Source: a virus
Taxonomy: Duplodnaviria > Caudoviricetes
IMG/VR virus record: IMGVR_UViG_3300033076_001039
Coordinates: 32,001-96,000 of that record
Strand: one strand, 5' to 3'
DNA length: 64,000 nucleotides
The translations under genes were made by a program, and so were the position numbers. Position 1 is the first letter of the stretch. Each line of letters starts with the position of its first letter. The notes beneath the pieces are model-generated. The model ran no database searches and was not told the DNA's origin. It saw nothing but the letters and a program-made list of their open reading frames with translations. Positions 27,623 through 38,588 of this stretch are shown one piece after another.

Positions 27623-30328
27623 TTTTTCTTCCCAACCCTCTTCAGCTAAATCATACATATAGTCTGGTTTCAAACCACGTTTTTCCCAATATTTTAATTC
27701 TTGTTCTGTAATATCAAGAACGTCTTCATTTAACCTATCTTGGTCGCCTTCACCTAATGGATGTCCATTAATCAATTCACATTGTGATTTAGTGAAAATA
27801 CCTCTTTTTTCAGGGTCATTAACAATAAGGTTATGCCTAACCTCATCTTGAAATACTACCATCAAAGGTTCGATACGTTTGTTAAATGTTGTGATTGCTC
27901 TTGGAACATTATAGTCCCCTGTAAGATTTGGGTCTTTCTCTAAAATGTCTTTATCCAACATATAACAATTCAGTTGTACCCCATCTCCTTTTTTCTGAAC
28001 ATCACCATGAGATGCTTTCAAACCATTATTAACATACATGATTACATCACCAAGGTTCACACTCAAATTTTCATGTAAAGCTAATTCCATGTGAGCCATA
28101 CGACTCATACTATTACCCGCTTTGGTTTTTGTGGTTAACCTTTTCTTATAATCCTCAAGAGTTAATTTAACTTTTGCTCGTTGAGCAATCTTACTTAATG
28201 GTATTTGTTTATCAAATATTTTCTGAAGGTATTCATAGTAATATTCTACAAACGCTTGTCCGTCACCTTCTAATAACATCTTAATACCCTTATCCAAAAA
28301 CTCCTCAATATATAATGGAAGTTTCTTTGATTTGATACTGTTACCTGTCAATTTGATTTTACCTTTGGCGTCCATAACCGCATAATTCTTACGAGCCAAG
28401 TTAATACAAGATGGCCAAACCCCATCCGTATCGAGAGCCATCTCACCTCTCATGAATATATCGTTATACTCCGCAACATCTGCTTCAGGTCCATAATATT
28501 CTTTACCTTCCTTAACCTTCCAATTTAATCCACGACCAACATAAACTCGGTCTTTTGCATCATCAGGGGTTGAGAAGTTCACACCGTCCGTATCCATTAC
28601 CAAAGGAACATACCCTTTTGACATAAAGAACTTAATCATCTGACGAAGGTATTGTCGACCTGTACAGGTAATCTGTTCACCCATATACATGTCACCCCAA
28701 GCATAAACTTGTGGCGCTGACAACGCACCGAACATTGAGTTGATAAAGATTTTAATCGGTAACTGTTTGTTTCCGTATGATTCGGATAACTTACGGTCAG
28801 TCTCATAATACTGTTCTGCAAGTTGTTTGTATTTGATACGAGTATCACGGAAGTATTTTAACATTCCTTTCATCGCACCTGTTACATCACATTTGGGGAA
28901 TACATCGTGAACCAACTGAATAGATGGGTATAGAGACGAGAAGTCGAGCTTAAGTACGTTCTTACTATAACCAACTTTAAGAAGTCGTGAAAGACCACCT
29001 ACGAAGTCAGTCTTACCTTGTTTTTCGGGGATTGCAAGTCCATGTTTGTAAGACCAAGCCAACATCAACATTTTCCATAGAGTTGCAGTACCCATCGTAG
29101 ATACTCGTTCATAGGTTGTTGGAATCATTGCCGCAAGTAGGAATGAACCTTGGTTGAACTCTTGGTCCACTTTTAAGGTTTCATCTAAGTCATCGTCAAG
29201 ATACATCTCAACAATCTTATCTCCCGTAACTTTTTTATATACGTTAGGGAACCTAACATCCAAATCATTATATTCAGGATTGTCGGCTTTTTTATATTTA
29301 CCGTTTTGAGTATTTAACCAATACTCCTCTCTGTTGATATAAAGTTTACCGATATTGTCGTGGTCAATATAAACACGACTTGGAGATTCAGCGTTGATGT
29401 ATTTGGTAATATACTTCAAACCCGCAGCTTTGATACTTGAATTGATTGCTTGAGCTCTACGAACTGCGTGGATAATGTCAATTACATTATAACCCCAAAT
29501 AGAAGTTTGAGTATATGTCTCCACTTCGTTTGCAAGTTTTAGCATTGAGTCTTTTCTTGTAAATGAATGTTGGGGGTGTAATGACTTACAAATCTTCTTT
29601 GGGTCAATTCCTAATATTCTACAACGTTCAAAAATCCAATGCCAGTCGAAGTTTGCTGAATTGTAACCACCGATGATACTTGGTTTTAGTTCGTTGATTA
29701 CGTTGAAGAATTCGATGATTGCGTTTCGTTCTTCGGACTCATCAATACATTCGATAACTCTGTGATAACCCTTATTCGTTTTAATTCCAATCATGAAGAT
29801 ACGACCGTCCTGTGGTTCAAGAGCGGTCGTCTCCAAGTCATATACGAGTCGGGTCACTTCATCGTAGTTTTCAAATCCTTTAAATAGTCGTTTTTCTTTT
29901 GAGATGAGGTATTGTTCTACAGGTGGAAGGATAATAATCTTATCCTTTGTCTTTTCACCCCAAGGGTCACAACCACCTTCTCTAAAGAACTGAATAAGTT
30001 CTCTATACCCTTTAAGAGATTTAACCATAAAGGTCATACCTCGTTCTAATCGTTCATCCCCGTGAGTTTCCAATTTATCAATCACGATGCCGTGTTTCGT
30101 CATCGCTTCTTTTTGTTTTGGTTTTGAACCACCATAAAAGTTAATGTTTCTTAAATCACCAACCCATGCAAATGGTGTAAACGTATCCTTACGGATTTCT
30201 TTACCCTTACCAGGAATTTCTTTGATTTTGTAAATTGAGTTGGATGCGTAGTCAAATTCGATTGCTACTATAAATTCTTCAGGGTCATTACCGTGCAAGA
30301 ATGCTTCGATTTCTTCGTTTGATATCAT
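27599..30328 (-). CDS. DNA polymerase, family B
   Basis: Exonuclease motifs YDLETT and GYNSANFDW. Polymerase motifs DFSSLYPS, KIFINSMFG and MDTDG. Confidence 0.95.
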   Translation of the reverse strand: MISNEEIEAFLHGNDPEEFIVAIEFDYASNSIYKIKEIPGKGKEIRKDTFTPFAWVGDLRNINFYGGSKPKQKEAMTKHGIVIDKLETHGDERLERGMTFMVKSLKGYRELIQFFREGGCDPWGEKTKDKIIILPPVEQYLISKEKRLFKGFENYDEVTRLVYDLETTALEPQDGRIFMIGIKTNKGYHRVIECIDESEERNAIIEFFNVINELKPSIIGGYNSANFDWHWIFERCRILGIDPKKICKSLHPQHSFTRKDSMLKLANEVETYTQTSIWGYNVIDIIHAVRRAQAINSSIKAAGLKYITKYINAESPSRVYIDHDNIGKLYINREEYWLNTQNGKYKKADNPEYNDLDVRFPNVYKKVTGDKIVEMYLDDDLDETLKVDQEFNQGSFLLAAMIPTTYERVSTMGTATLWKMLMLAWSYKHGLAIPEKQGKTDFVGGLSRLLKVGYSKNVLKLDFSSLYPSIQLVHDVFPKCDVTGAMKGMLKYFRDTRIKYKQLAEQYYETDRKLSESYGNKQLPIKIFINSMFGALSAPQVYAWGDMYMGEQITCTGRQYLRQMIKFFMSKGYVPLVMDTDGVNFSTPDDAKDRVYVGRGLNWKVKEGKEYYGPEADVAEYNDIFMRGEMALDTDGVWPSCINLARKNYAVMDAKGKIKLTGNSIKSKKLPLYIEEFLDKGIKMLLEGDGQAFVEYYYEYLQKIFDKQIPLSKIAQRAKVKLTLEDYKKRLTTKTKAGNSMSRMAHMELALHENLSVNLGDVIMYVNNGLKASHGDVQKKGDGVQLNCYMLDKDILEKDPNLTGDYNVPRAITTFNKRIEPLMVVFQDEVRHNLIVNDPEKRGIFTKSQCELINGHPLGEGDQDRLNEDVLDITEQELKYWEKRGLKPDYMYDLAEEGWEEKLGILETV

Positions 30329-30416
30329 AATAATATTTCGTTGGTTTATTAGCTCTCACACCGTCGTGAGGTTTACCTTCGTAAATAAATATAAATGAAA
30401 AAACGGATTAATCAAA

Positions 30417-30794
30417 TTAACAACACGCAGTTTCTTTAATAAAACTTGGTTGTATGTTAATATATAATTCCTCCCTAATAGGTAATATTAAATCTCCTTC
30501 ATCATTCTTAATTAAGAACTGACCAACATATCTACCAGGTGTGTTAGTGTCTCTCGCTGAAAATTTATAGTAGATATAATATTCGGGTGCGGCGCCTAAT
30601 GGTAGTATAAGTGAAACGATTTCACAAGGGGCCGACACTATTTTAGGAATTTCAGTTTCAACGTCAATCATAGTGAAGAAAATAGTAGAAACTTCTAAGT
30701 CTTGCATCAACTCTAAGTAACCTGCTCTACCATCTTTAACTACTTGCATTTTTAATACAGGTAGTGTCGCATTTTGTTTAATAAAGAATTCCAT
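30417..30794 (-). CDS. BppU N-terminal-like structural adaptor protein
   Basis: FFIKQNATLPVLKMQV...YKFSARDTNTPGRYVGQF...ILP pattern. Confidence 0.5.
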   Translation of the reverse strand: MEFFIKQNATLPVLKMQVVKDGRAGYLELMQDLEVSTIFFTMIDVETEIPKIVSAPCEIVSLILPLGAAPEYYIYYKFSARDTNTPGRYVGQFLIKNDEGDLILPIREELYINIQPSFIKETACC

Positions 30795-30810
30795 AACAAT
30801 AAATATATTG

Positions 30811-32487
30811 TTATGACTCTTTTCTTAAACTTCTTTCGTAATGTTCAAATCGGTCATGTTCTGTTGGTGTCATTAATAACAATCCTGGATATAATTCACC
30901 TTTTTTAACGAGTTGATACATATGACTCATCCATGTTTGTTCAAATGGGTGACCCCATGTTGTATCCAAAAACATTTTTTTATTTCCTGTTCTTGTTACA
31001 ATTTGAGGCCAATTACAATAATAAACCTCACCTGTCACATATGGAATCCCTTGGAATGAGTTAATAGAGTCGTAAACAGCTCTTGGCGCATTTGGGTCTA
31101 GTCCTACATTAGGTAATCTATTTTTACCTGGCCAAAACTTTTCCCTAACATCTTGTGGTACATTATACCAAGACCACTGAGTTCCATTATCACCAAAGAA
31201 TTCACTATAATTAAGTTTTAAAAAATCAAAATTTTCTTTTTTAACAATTTGTAATGTTTTAGAATAAAGATTTGGAACGTATCTATTGAATCCATTTCTA
31301 CAAACTTCACCTTCATGGGGGTAAAAGAACATATCATCTTCGAAGAACAAATAAAAATCTAAATCTGTTTCATTTTGAAAATGTTCTGCAATCCATTGTC
31401 TACCACCACAAATACCTAAGTTGTCTTTCTTGATATGTTCGAAACCATATTCTTCGCAAATTTCAGCATAGTCATTAAATGTTGATTCGTCAGTTGAGTT
31501 ATCTAATAAAAACTTTTTGGTTTTTAGAATATAATCTTTATCATACGCATTCATTGATTCAATCAATGTTAAGAATTGCTTTGGACTATTAAATGTAATT
31601 ACATATAAACCAACTTTATTAACATCCAAAGAATTTGTAATATTTCTTGGGCTTTCCGATTTAGGGACTAAAGTATCATTTTTTAATTCCTCAAAAAATT
31701 TACCAACTAAACCGTTTGATTCAATTTCAAAATAATTAATCAAATCAGAATGTTTATAACACATAATACTAAAGATTGATTCTTCAGTACCCATATAACC
31801 TTCTTCTAAAGTGGTTTTTAATAGGTTATAATAAATCCCATTAATATCTGCAATTGTATGTTTTGGACCACCAAAGAAACCACCACGAGCAACTTTATTA
31901 ACCTTGGCACCCGCAAGTGAATTTAACTTATTATATTCAAAACCATGAATTTCTTTTTCTGCATCATAAGGGAAACAAATGAATGAAAATTTTGAAATAT
32001 ATTTTGATAAATTATTTAATACTTTATCGTGAGTAAAATAACCTTGGTGTACTGTATTAGTTAATCCACCGTCAATCCAAAACATATATTCAGAATTAAA
32101 CTTATCCATTATTTTTGCATCATGAAGTAGAAACACTTTAGACATAACTAATGGATTGTAGTTTTCTAATCTACCTTGAGTCGATTCTTTTAACCATCCT
32201 GCCAAGTTCTGCCAATTTTCATCTGTCCTAATTTCTTGGATTTTATTAAAGAATTCTGAGTCAGTAAACCAAGACATAGGTCTTAATATGAATTGAGTAT
32301 TTTCATGACTCCTTCTTTCAAATACAAATGTTTGAAGTTCTTCATCACCAAAAATAATCATGTTCTCCTCACATTTAAGCAATTGCTCAAACTTATCTAA
32401 ATAATGTTGGAATGGTCTTGACCATCCTTCGGATAATTGACCTCTACCAATATCCCAAATACCTGTTACTAAAGTTATATTACTCAT
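30811..32487 (-). CDS. HtrL/YibB-family glycosyltransferase fused to a C-terminal GT-A (GT2-like) domain
   Basis: ITLVTGIWDIGRG, FWIDGG, GGFFGG, GTEESI. Second domain has FLLDNS...FFEDDM. Confidence 0.7.
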   Translation of the reverse strand: MSNITLVTGIWDIGRGQLSEGWSRPFQHYLDKFEQLLKCEENMIIFGDEELQTFVFERRSHENTQFILRPMSWFTDSEFFNKIQEIRTDENWQNLAGWLKESTQGRLENYNPLVMSKVFLLHDAKIMDKFNSEYMFWIDGGLTNTVHQGYFTHDKVLNNLSKYISKFSFICFPYDAEKEIHGFEYNKLNSLAGAKVNKVARGGFFGGPKHTIADINGIYYNLLKTTLEEGYMGTEESIFSIMCYKHSDLINYFEIESNGLVGKFFEELKNDTLVPKSESPRNITNSLDVNKVGLYVITFNSPKQFLTLIESMNAYDKDYILKTKKFLLDNSTDESTFNDYAEICEEYGFEHIKKDNLGICGGRQWIAEHFQNETDLDFYLFFEDDMFFYPHEGEVCRNGFNRYVPNLYSKTLQIVKKENFDFLKLNYSEFFGDNGTQWSWYNVPQDVREKFWPGKNRLPNVGLDPNAPRAVYDSINSFQGIPYVTGEVYYCNWPQIVTRTGNKKMFLDTTWGHPFEQTWMSHMYQLVKKGELYPGLLLMTPTEHDRFEHYERSLRKES

Positions 32488-33361
32488 ATATTCTATTAAA
32501 TTCTTCTAATATTTTATAAAAACTTTTATTTTGTTCAAACAATTCATCAGTTACACCCGCAGGTGCATTGTCTCTACACCACCAAATGTCAAAGTGTTTA
32601 CGTTCAAATAAATCACGATGATTGACATACATTAAAGACATCACGTGTTCTTCGTGTGGTAAACCTTTGTCTTCTTCAATAATTCTTTTTGTGTAATCCT
32701 CAAACAAGTTAACAACTGTGTCCCACTTATCTCTATGACCACCAAACATACCACCAATGACGTGGATACTTCTATCGTATTCAGTATACCATTTTCTATC
32801 AACAGTACCTGACCAATAGTTACGGTCATTTTCTTTACCAAGGATTAAAAATTTATCACCAGTATCTTCAATAACATTTTTAAGAAAGTCGTTATTAAAT
32901 AAATTACTTTCATAGTATCTGCCTTGAGGGTGTTGACTTGTCAAATATTTTAAAGGAATTAATCCACAATGAGATAAACCAGCGTCTATCCAATAATAGT
33001 AGTCGTAAGATTTATCTTCATTCCACCACCAATGGAATTTACTATATTGAACCTCAATACATCTATCAGATTTTTTAGTTTCTTCAATATTTTTATACTG
33101 ATTAATCAAATCTTTAAATTTGGTATTACCAATATCAAAAATTTTAAATTCTAATTTCTCGGGTGATATATTATTTTCATTATAAAAAAACTCTTTTAAT
33201 GAGTCTATTTCTCTATCTGAAGTATAACACAAAAAATCTGCATCGGTCATTTTTAGTAATGATAGAAGACTATATCTATAGTGTCCTCCTCTACCTACTC
33301 GACCTCCGAATTCCGTACCATACAAATCGCTGTAAATTGATGTAATAAATTTAACTGACAT
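32480..33361 (-). CDS. HtrL/YibB-like glycosyltransferase
   Basis: YWIDAGL, IGGMFGG, HEEHVMS. Start placed at ATG 33361 (MSVKFITSIY), overlapping the upstream stop. Confidence 0.6.
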   Translation of the reverse strand: MSVKFITSIYSDLYGTEFGGRVGRGGHYRYSLLSLLKMTDADFLCYTSDREIDSLKEFFYNENNISPEKLEFKIFDIGNTKFKDLINQYKNIEETKKSDRCIEVQYSKFHWWWNEDKSYDYYYWIDAGLSHCGLIPLKYLTSQHPQGRYYESNLFNNDFLKNVIEDTGDKFLILGKENDRNYWSGTVDRKWYTEYDRSIHVIGGMFGGHRDKWDTVVNLFEDYTKRIIEEDKGLPHEEHVMSLMYVNHRDLFERKHFDIWWCRDNAPAGVTDELFEQNKSFYKILEEFNRIYE

Positions 33362-34094
33362 AATACACTTCTTTATATTCTTTATTGTTTTTAATTTCTT
33401 GATTTCTGTATTGGTCCATGAATTCACCAGGAATCTTTACAGGACTAAAGACATTCCAGTTATAAGTTTGTAAATAAAAATTATTATACACTCCATCTGA
33501 AATATTAGACAAATCATTTCCTTGGGGTGCAACTGGTAAAATAGGACAGTAACTTTGGTATTTAGATATTATAAATTGGAAAATAAAATCGTCTATCGCA
33601 TAAAAATAGTCTCCACTTGGAAATGCGGTTTCTTTTATTTCGAATAATTTATCGTAAATTGATTCATCAAAAATAATCATATTACATGCGTATATGTCCC
33701 GTAAATGTTCAGGTTTTTCAGGTAAATTAGTCATGTCCAATAACATATCATTATCTGAAGACATATTAATGTGTCTATTTAAAGTCGGTGCCAAATTAAA
33801 CACACCAAATTCTAAACCCTCACATTTTTCTTCTAATTTGGTTAATAAATCTTTGGCATACGGCATAAAACCAATATCATCTTCAATAACCATAACCCGT
33901 GGGTATTTACGTTCTTTAGCGATTTTAATAATTTCTAAAATTGAACGGGTAATACCCATATAAGAATTGGTATCTATTGCTTTAAAGACTTCATAGTCCC
34001 ATCCAATATATTCCATCTCCTTTTTAACTTTCTCAAGTCTATCGGGTCTTCTTTCTAAATTGACTACGAATTTAGGTATATTATTGAATTTCAT
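33351..34094 (-). CDS. Glycosyltransferase family 25-like
   Basis: VVNLERRPDRL, VFKAID, VIEDD. Confidence 0.75.
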   Translation of the reverse strand: MKFNNIPKFVVNLERRPDRLEKVKKEMEYIGWDYEVFKAIDTNSYMGITRSILEIIKIAKERKYPRVMVIEDDIGFMPYAKDLLTKLEEKCEGLEFGVFNLAPTLNRHINMSSDNDMLLDMTNLPEKPEHLRDIYACNMIIFDESIYDKLFEIKETAFPSGDYFYAIDDFIFQFIISKYQSYCPILPVAPQGNDLSNISDGVYNNFYLQTYNWNVFSPVKIPGEFMDQYRNQEIKNNKEYKEVYYVS

Positions 34095-35359
34095 TAACTA
34101 ACGTGATTGTGAGTTAATCGACCTGTAATTCTATCACACCATCCTTTGGATTCTGAGTGAGGCCATACCACCCAATAAGATGGCATCTCATCAGTTTGGA
34201 ATTCTCTCCATACTTTACAATAACCGTCAGGGTCTCTCATGAAACCTGCAATTTCATTTTTGTCCGCATCTTTACGGAAAAGAGTATCATCTTTATCATT
34301 GTGGAATGCAACAACCCAAAAGTCATAATCAGTTTCAGGTACTTGGGAATACCCAATATCGATACAATGTTTAAACATCATACAGAAACTATCCTTCCAT
34401 TCTTGTTCAGTTTCAAAATTGTATGGATTTGGAGGATAATTTTTATCTAAAGTATATTTGTCAATCGCACGTTTTTCAAATAAAATGCCCGCATATTTTT
34501 CATAGTCAGTCAAAGTTCTAACAGGACCAAAACCATAAGGTCCATCATGACCCTCTTGTTTTTCACCATCCATACCAAACAATTTTCTGTTTGTTAAATG
34601 TGAATGAGTATTTCTTTGACCCCAAGTCTTATCATCATCCCACTGTTTTGTTCTACCCTTACGAGTGTACTCATGGTAAACAACAGGAATGTGTGGGTGG
34701 AATAAATCATATCCCCAAGTGTAAGCTCTTGCTGCAATTGAAATTTCTTCTCCGTGGAAATAATATTCAGGGTTGTGTTGAACTTCAGTTGAGAATTGTC
34801 CTAATGTGAAACAGAAGTGAGCTGAGTAGAATCTTGCAGTAACAGGTTTTTTCATCTCTTTCCAACCTGGAATTGTTTCAGGTAAGAAGAATACCGCACC
34901 TTCAGGAATGAATCGGTCAAACACCATTCTCCAAGCATCTGTTGCTCTTCCCGCAGGGTCATTATCGGGGTCAAAAGAAGGAACGTAGCCCGTAAGTAGA
35001 GGCTTCTTATACCCGTCCTTCTGTAACCCCTTTATCATTTTGATAAGGATGTCATCCCAATCCTTAACAAATCTCATATGAGAATCAATTTGTAATGTAT
35101 AAGTTTCTCCTTTATATAGTTGTTGTACTTGATGTCTTGCCCAACATACCCCTTTGGCATCTTGATAAGGAATATCTAATATTCTAAATCTTTTGTCGTT
35201 TCTATATTCGTCTAAATTATCAAACCCATCTTCTTCACTGTATTGTCTTGCAATACCAATAACAAGGTTATTCGGTTTCTTGGCATTTGCCAACATGTCT
35301 TTAATGGTGGGGACCAACTGTGGGTCGCGGTACGATGCAATCTGAACAAAAATTTTCAT
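34094..35359 (-). CDS. GT60-family polypeptide N-acetylglucosaminyltransferase (Gnt1/GnT2/OGNT-like)
   Basis: IFVQIASYRDPQL, GVCWAR, LQIDSHMRF (DxH), FHGEEISIAARAYTWGYDLFHP, VYHEY. Confidence 0.85.
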   Translation of the reverse strand: MKIFVQIASYRDPQLVPTIKDMLANAKKPNNLVIGIARQYSEEDGFDNLDEYRNDKRFRILDIPYQDAKGVCWARHQVQQLYKGETYTLQIDSHMRFVKDWDDILIKMIKGLQKDGYKKPLLTGYVPSFDPDNDPAGRATDAWRMVFDRFIPEGAVFFLPETIPGWKEMKKPVTARFYSAHFCFTLGQFSTEVQHNPEYYFHGEEISIAARAYTWGYDLFHPHIPVVYHEYTRKGRTKQWDDDKTWGQRNTHSHLTNRKLFGMDGEKQEGHDGPYGFGPVRTLTDYEKYAGILFEKRAIDKYTLDKNYPPNPYNFETEQEWKDSFCMMFKHCIDIGYSQVPETDYDFWVVAFHNDKDDTLFRKDADKNEIAGFMRDPDGYCKVWREFQTDEMPSYWVVWPHSESKGWCDRITGRLTHNHVS

Positions 35360-35384
35360 GTAATATTATTTTATATATAAAAAT

Positions 35385-35415
35385 AAAAAACCCTCCACGA
35401 AGGTGAAGGGTTTTT
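35385..35415 (-). terminator. Intrinsic terminator between the Thr/Pro-rich genes and the GT60 gene
   Basis: Minus strand CCCTTCAC-CTTC-GTGGAGGG-TTTTTT. A/T runs on both sides, so possibly bidirectional. Confidence 0.7.
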
Positions 35416-35436
35416 GTTTATATTAGTTTTGTTTTT

Positions 35437-36543
35437 TTAACATCCGTTAGGGTCACCACTTGTGATTAACCCTGCTCCACCTGTCACTAAGTACCATCCT
35501 GTACCGTTAGAGTAATAACCGTTAGATGCTGGAGTAGTTAATGATGTGTCAGTATAGATTGTATCACCTACGTTAAGAGGGTTTAATGATGGTGACAAGT
35601 AGTAGTTTGTAGTTGAACCTGAACAAGCTGCTGCTGATGAACCAGCATCATAAGATAAACTATACACATAATATCCTACTGTCGGTGTTGGTGAAGGAGT
35701 ATTTGTTGTTGTCGCTGTTGGAGTTTGAGTATTAGTTGGAGTTGGTGTTGGAGTTTCTGAACTTGTTGGTGTTGGAGTTAATGTTGGTAATGAAGAACAA
35801 AGTGTAAATCCTCCTTGTTCAGTACCTGTAGAATCTAAATAAACCACAAGACCTGCATTTGCATAATAACCTGTCATGTCGATTGTTACAGGACCTGTAA
35901 TTGAATTAAAGAATTGGGTGTTATTATCAAATATTGGATTTTCAGCATATATTATACCTGAAACTCCGAAATCACATGCAACATTTGAAGTTGAACCTGA
36001 TGTTACGTTAAACGCGACTCTAACATTTGTAGGTGTCGGAGTTGGAGTTTCTGTATTAGTTGGAGTTTGAGTGTTAGTAGGGGTTTGAGTGTTAGTTGGT
36101 GTTGATGTGTTAGTAGGGGTTTGAGTATTAGTTGGAGTTTGGGTTGGAGTTTCTGTATTAGTAGGGGTTTGAGTATTAGTAGGGGTTTGAGTATTAGTTG
36201 GAGTTTGAGTATTGGTTGGTGTTTGAGTATTAGTTGGTGTATTAGTTGGGGTTGGTGTGTTAGTTGCCGTATTGCTTGGTGTTGGCGTATTAGTTGGTGT
36301 GGTACTTGGAGTCATTGTTGGTGTTGGTGATGGGTAAACTGGTGGGAATACCTCACTTGTTAACACAACATTACTTTGATAAATTGGCGCGATTGAATAC
36401 GTACCATTAATTAACCAAATATTTTTTGTTTGATTAGGGTTTAATTCTACCTGGTATTCCCACATAGAATCGTCACATCTTCTATAATTAAAATTTATTA
36501 TAGTTGAACCAGTGTTCGTCAAAGTATATTTACTACAAGCCAT
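35437..36543 (-). CDS. Mucin-like Thr/Pro-rich modular protein, probably a virion appendage
   Basis: Small Cys-containing beta domains separated by long TPTNTQ repeats. Confidence 0.7.
   Translation of the reverse strand: MACSKYTLTNTGSTIINFNYRRCDDSMWEYQVELNPNQTKNIWLINGTYSIAPIYQSNVVLTSEVFPPVYPSPTPTMTPSTTPTNTPTPSNTATNTPTPTNTPTNTQTPTNTQTPTNTQTPTNTQTPTNTETPTQTPTNTQTPTNTSTPTNTQTPTNTQTPTNTETPTPTPTNVRVAFNVTSGSTSNVACDFGVSGIIYAENPIFDNNTQFFNSITGPVTIDMTGYYANAGLVVYLDSTGTEQGGFTLCSSLPTLTPTPTSSETPTPTPTNTQTPTATTTNTPSPTPTVGYYVYSLSYDAGSSAAACSGSTTNYYLSPSLNPLNVGDTIYTDTSLTTPASNGYYSNGTGWYLVTGGAGLITSGDPNGC
36030..36330 (-). repeat. Coding tandem repeat with an 18-bp unit encoding [12 protein letters not shown]
   Basis: Near-identical GAGTATTAGT(A/T)GG(G/A/T)GTTT units with synonymous variation. 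Confidence 0.9.
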
Positions 36544-36570
36544 CGTTTTTTTCTTTAAATATAAATAGTG

Positions 36571-36783
36571 TTAATTAGGTGGAAATACACCTTCATTTAC
36601 CAAAACAACGCTAGCTCTGAATAACGGTGCAATGGAATAAGTGTCGTTTATCAACCAAATATTTTTAGTTTGATTTGGTTCCAATTCAACTTGATATTCC
36701 CACATAGAGTCGTCACATCTTCTGTAGTTGAAATTTACTTGGGTTGTCCCAGTGTTTGTTAGATTATATTTACTACAAGCCAT
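36571..36783 (-). CDS. 70-aa stand-alone copy of the N-terminal domain of the 35437-36543 protein
   Basis: MACSKY.LTNTG...[35 protein letters not shown] is shared between the two. Confidence 0.8.
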   Translation of the reverse strand: MACSKYNLTNTGTTQVNFNYRRCDDSMWEYQVELEPNQTKNIWLINDTYSIAPLFRASVVLVNEGVFPPN

Positions 36784-36804
36784 AATTTATTTTTTTAATT
36801 TCTA

Positions 36805-38562
36805 TTAGTCAATTGCAACTATAATTGGTGTTGTTGCATTTATAAATACATTAGTAAATGTGTATGTTGCAGTTGTTGCAGATATACCATATACTGTTTG
36901 GTTTAAGTTCGAATCTCGAACTCTAAGATTATTAAATGCAACGTTATTAGTGGTAACTCCTACCTCAACAGTATATGTTCCACCAAATTGAGTTGTTGAG
37001 AATATACTGTTACCAACAGGAATGTATGGTACTGGGAAATCAGGAGGAGATACGTTAGTTACTAAAACTGAATTTATAGTTATTCCTGATATCTGAGAAC
37101 CGTTTGTTGAATCGTTATTTCCAACATATAAAATAACATTTGATATTGTGGATGTTGGAGTAACTGTTGGAGTATTAGTAGGTGTACCTGTTGGAGTTGT
37201 GGTATTTGTTGGTGTTTGAGTATTAGTTGTGGTATTTGTTGGTGTTGGAGTGTTAGTTTCAGTATTTGTTGGTGTGTTAGTAGGTGTTGGTGTAGAGGTG
37301 CTTGTTTGTGTCGGTGTTACAGTTGGTAGACCTGAACAAAGAGATACGATTCCAGCAATACCTAAAGAATCCACGTCAATTACCAAACCTCCGTTGGCAT
37401 AATATCCTGTCATATCTATTGTAACAGGACCTGTCGGATTATTGAAGAATTGCGAGTTGTTATCAAATACAGGGTCTTCACCATATATTGTACCCGAATC
37501 TCCAAAGTCACATGCGATATTTGCAGTTACTCCTGAAGTAATACTAAATGAAGTTCTATTTCTTGTTGGAGTTACAGTATTTGTTGGAGTATTAGTTGGA
37601 GTTTCAGTATTAGTTGGGGTTTGTGTAGTAGTGTTAGTTGGGGTATTTGTTTGTGTTGGTGTACTTGTGTTAGTTGGTGTAATTGTGTTAGTCGGAGTAT
37701 TAGTTGGTGTTGCAGTATTTGTTGGTGTTACACTTGGGGTATTAGTAGGTGTTGAGGTATTTGTTGCGGTATTAGTTGGCGTTGGTGTTTTTGTTGCAGT
37801 ATTGGTTGGAGTCGCAGTTGGGGTAGGTAATGGACATCCACCCAAATAAGTTGCACTACCATCTCCGTCAATAATTGTGACAGATTCTGCACAGTAGATA
37901 ACACTATCAAGAACATTAACTGTAAATTCAACAATAACTCCTTCACAGTTTCTAACACCAAATCTAGTGTCATTATTAACACCACCAAATAATAGGAATG
38001 TTTTACAAATTGCGTTTGTTGGTGTTTGAGTATTAGTTGGAGTGTTTGTTGGTGTTGTAGTTGGCGTTGAGGTATTGGTTGGTGTTTGAGTATTAGTTGG
38101 CGTATTAGTCGGAGTTGTTGTTGGTGTTTCAGTGTTAGTCGGTGTGTTTGTTGGTGTTATAGATGGCGTTGGTGTATTACTTGAAGTTGCAGTTGGTGTC
38201 AACCCAACGGTTACTGATGGTGTTGGAGTTGAAGTATTAGTAGGTGTAACTGTAGGTGTTGAAGTGTTAGTTGGTGTTTGTGTTGTAGTTTCCGTAGGTG
38301 TTGGACTTAAACCTGGAGTAACTGTTGGAGTTTGAGTATTTGTTGGTGTTGGACTTGGTGTAGGTCCTGGTACCACAATAGAATAATTATACCCATATAA
38401 TGGAACATAACAGTTATATGTACCGTAGTAATAATCTGAAATATAATTAAAAGGAAATATTTGAGAACCTAAATCAATCGTACCTCCCGTGTCAGGTAAA
38501 TACGTAACATTTGCGGTTTGACCACTCAAATCATCACTTAAAATTCTTACTCCAATTGCCAT
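36805..38562 (-). CDS. Mucin-like Thr/Pro-rich modular protein
   Basis: Three long TPT(N/T) tracts separating four small domains. One domain is shared with 35437-36543. Confidence 0.7.
   Translation of the reverse strand: MAIGVRILSDDLSGQTANVTYLPDTGGTIDLGSQIFPFNYISDYYYGTYNCYVPLYGYNYSIVVPGPTPSPTPTNTQTPTVTPGLSPTPTETTTQTPTNTSTPTVTPTNTSTPTPSVTVGLTPTATSSNTPTPSITPTNTPTNTETPTTTPTNTPTNTQTPTNTSTPTTTPTNTPTNTQTPTNAICKTFLLFGGVNNDTRFGVRNCEGVIVEFTVNVLDSVIYCAESVTIIDGDGSATYLGGCPLPTPTATPTNTATKTPTPTNTATNTSTPTNTPSVTPTNTATPTNTPTNTITPTNTSTPTQTNTPTNTTTQTPTNTETPTNTPTNTVTPTRNRTSFSITSGVTANIACDFGDSGTIYGEDPVFDNNSQFFNNPTGPVTIDMTGYYANGGLVIDVDSLGIAGIVSLCSGLPTVTPTQTSTSTPTPTNTPTNTETNTPTPTNTTTNTQTPTNTTTPTGTPTNTPTVTPTSTISNVILYVGNNDSTNGSQISGITINSVLVTNVSPPDFPVPYIPVGNSIFSTTQFGGTYTVEVGVTTNNVAFNNLRVRDSNLNQTVYGISATTATYTFTNVFINATTPIIVAID
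37145..38370 (-). repeat. Three Thr/Pro-coding repeat tracts (about 37145-37325, 37565-37830 and 38015-38370)
   Basis: Degenerate GTTGGTGT/ATTAGTTGG repeats on the + strand. Confidence 0.85.
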
Positions 38563-38588
38563 GTCTATAAATACTTATTTTTTTTATT

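Noticed and set aside
27599-30328. Intein or intron in the DNA polymerase (also checked in the helicase)
   Set aside because: Motif spacing is normal, with no intein splice-junction or LAGLIDADG signatures seen.
36333-36783. Duplicated segment as a diversity-generating retroelement TR/VR pair
   Set aside because: Differences are largely synonymous and not adenine-specific, both copies are N-terminal coding regions, and no reverse transcriptase is in the window.
35876-38335. Plus-strand Val/Gly-rich ORFs (for example 37442-37849 and 38132-38335)
   Set aside because: These are antisense shadows of the Thr/Pro repeats.
36030-38370. Tandem repeats as a CRISPR array or non-coding satellite
   Set aside because: Units are multiples of 3 with synonymous variation, lack unique spacers, and lie in frame within T/P-rich ORFs.
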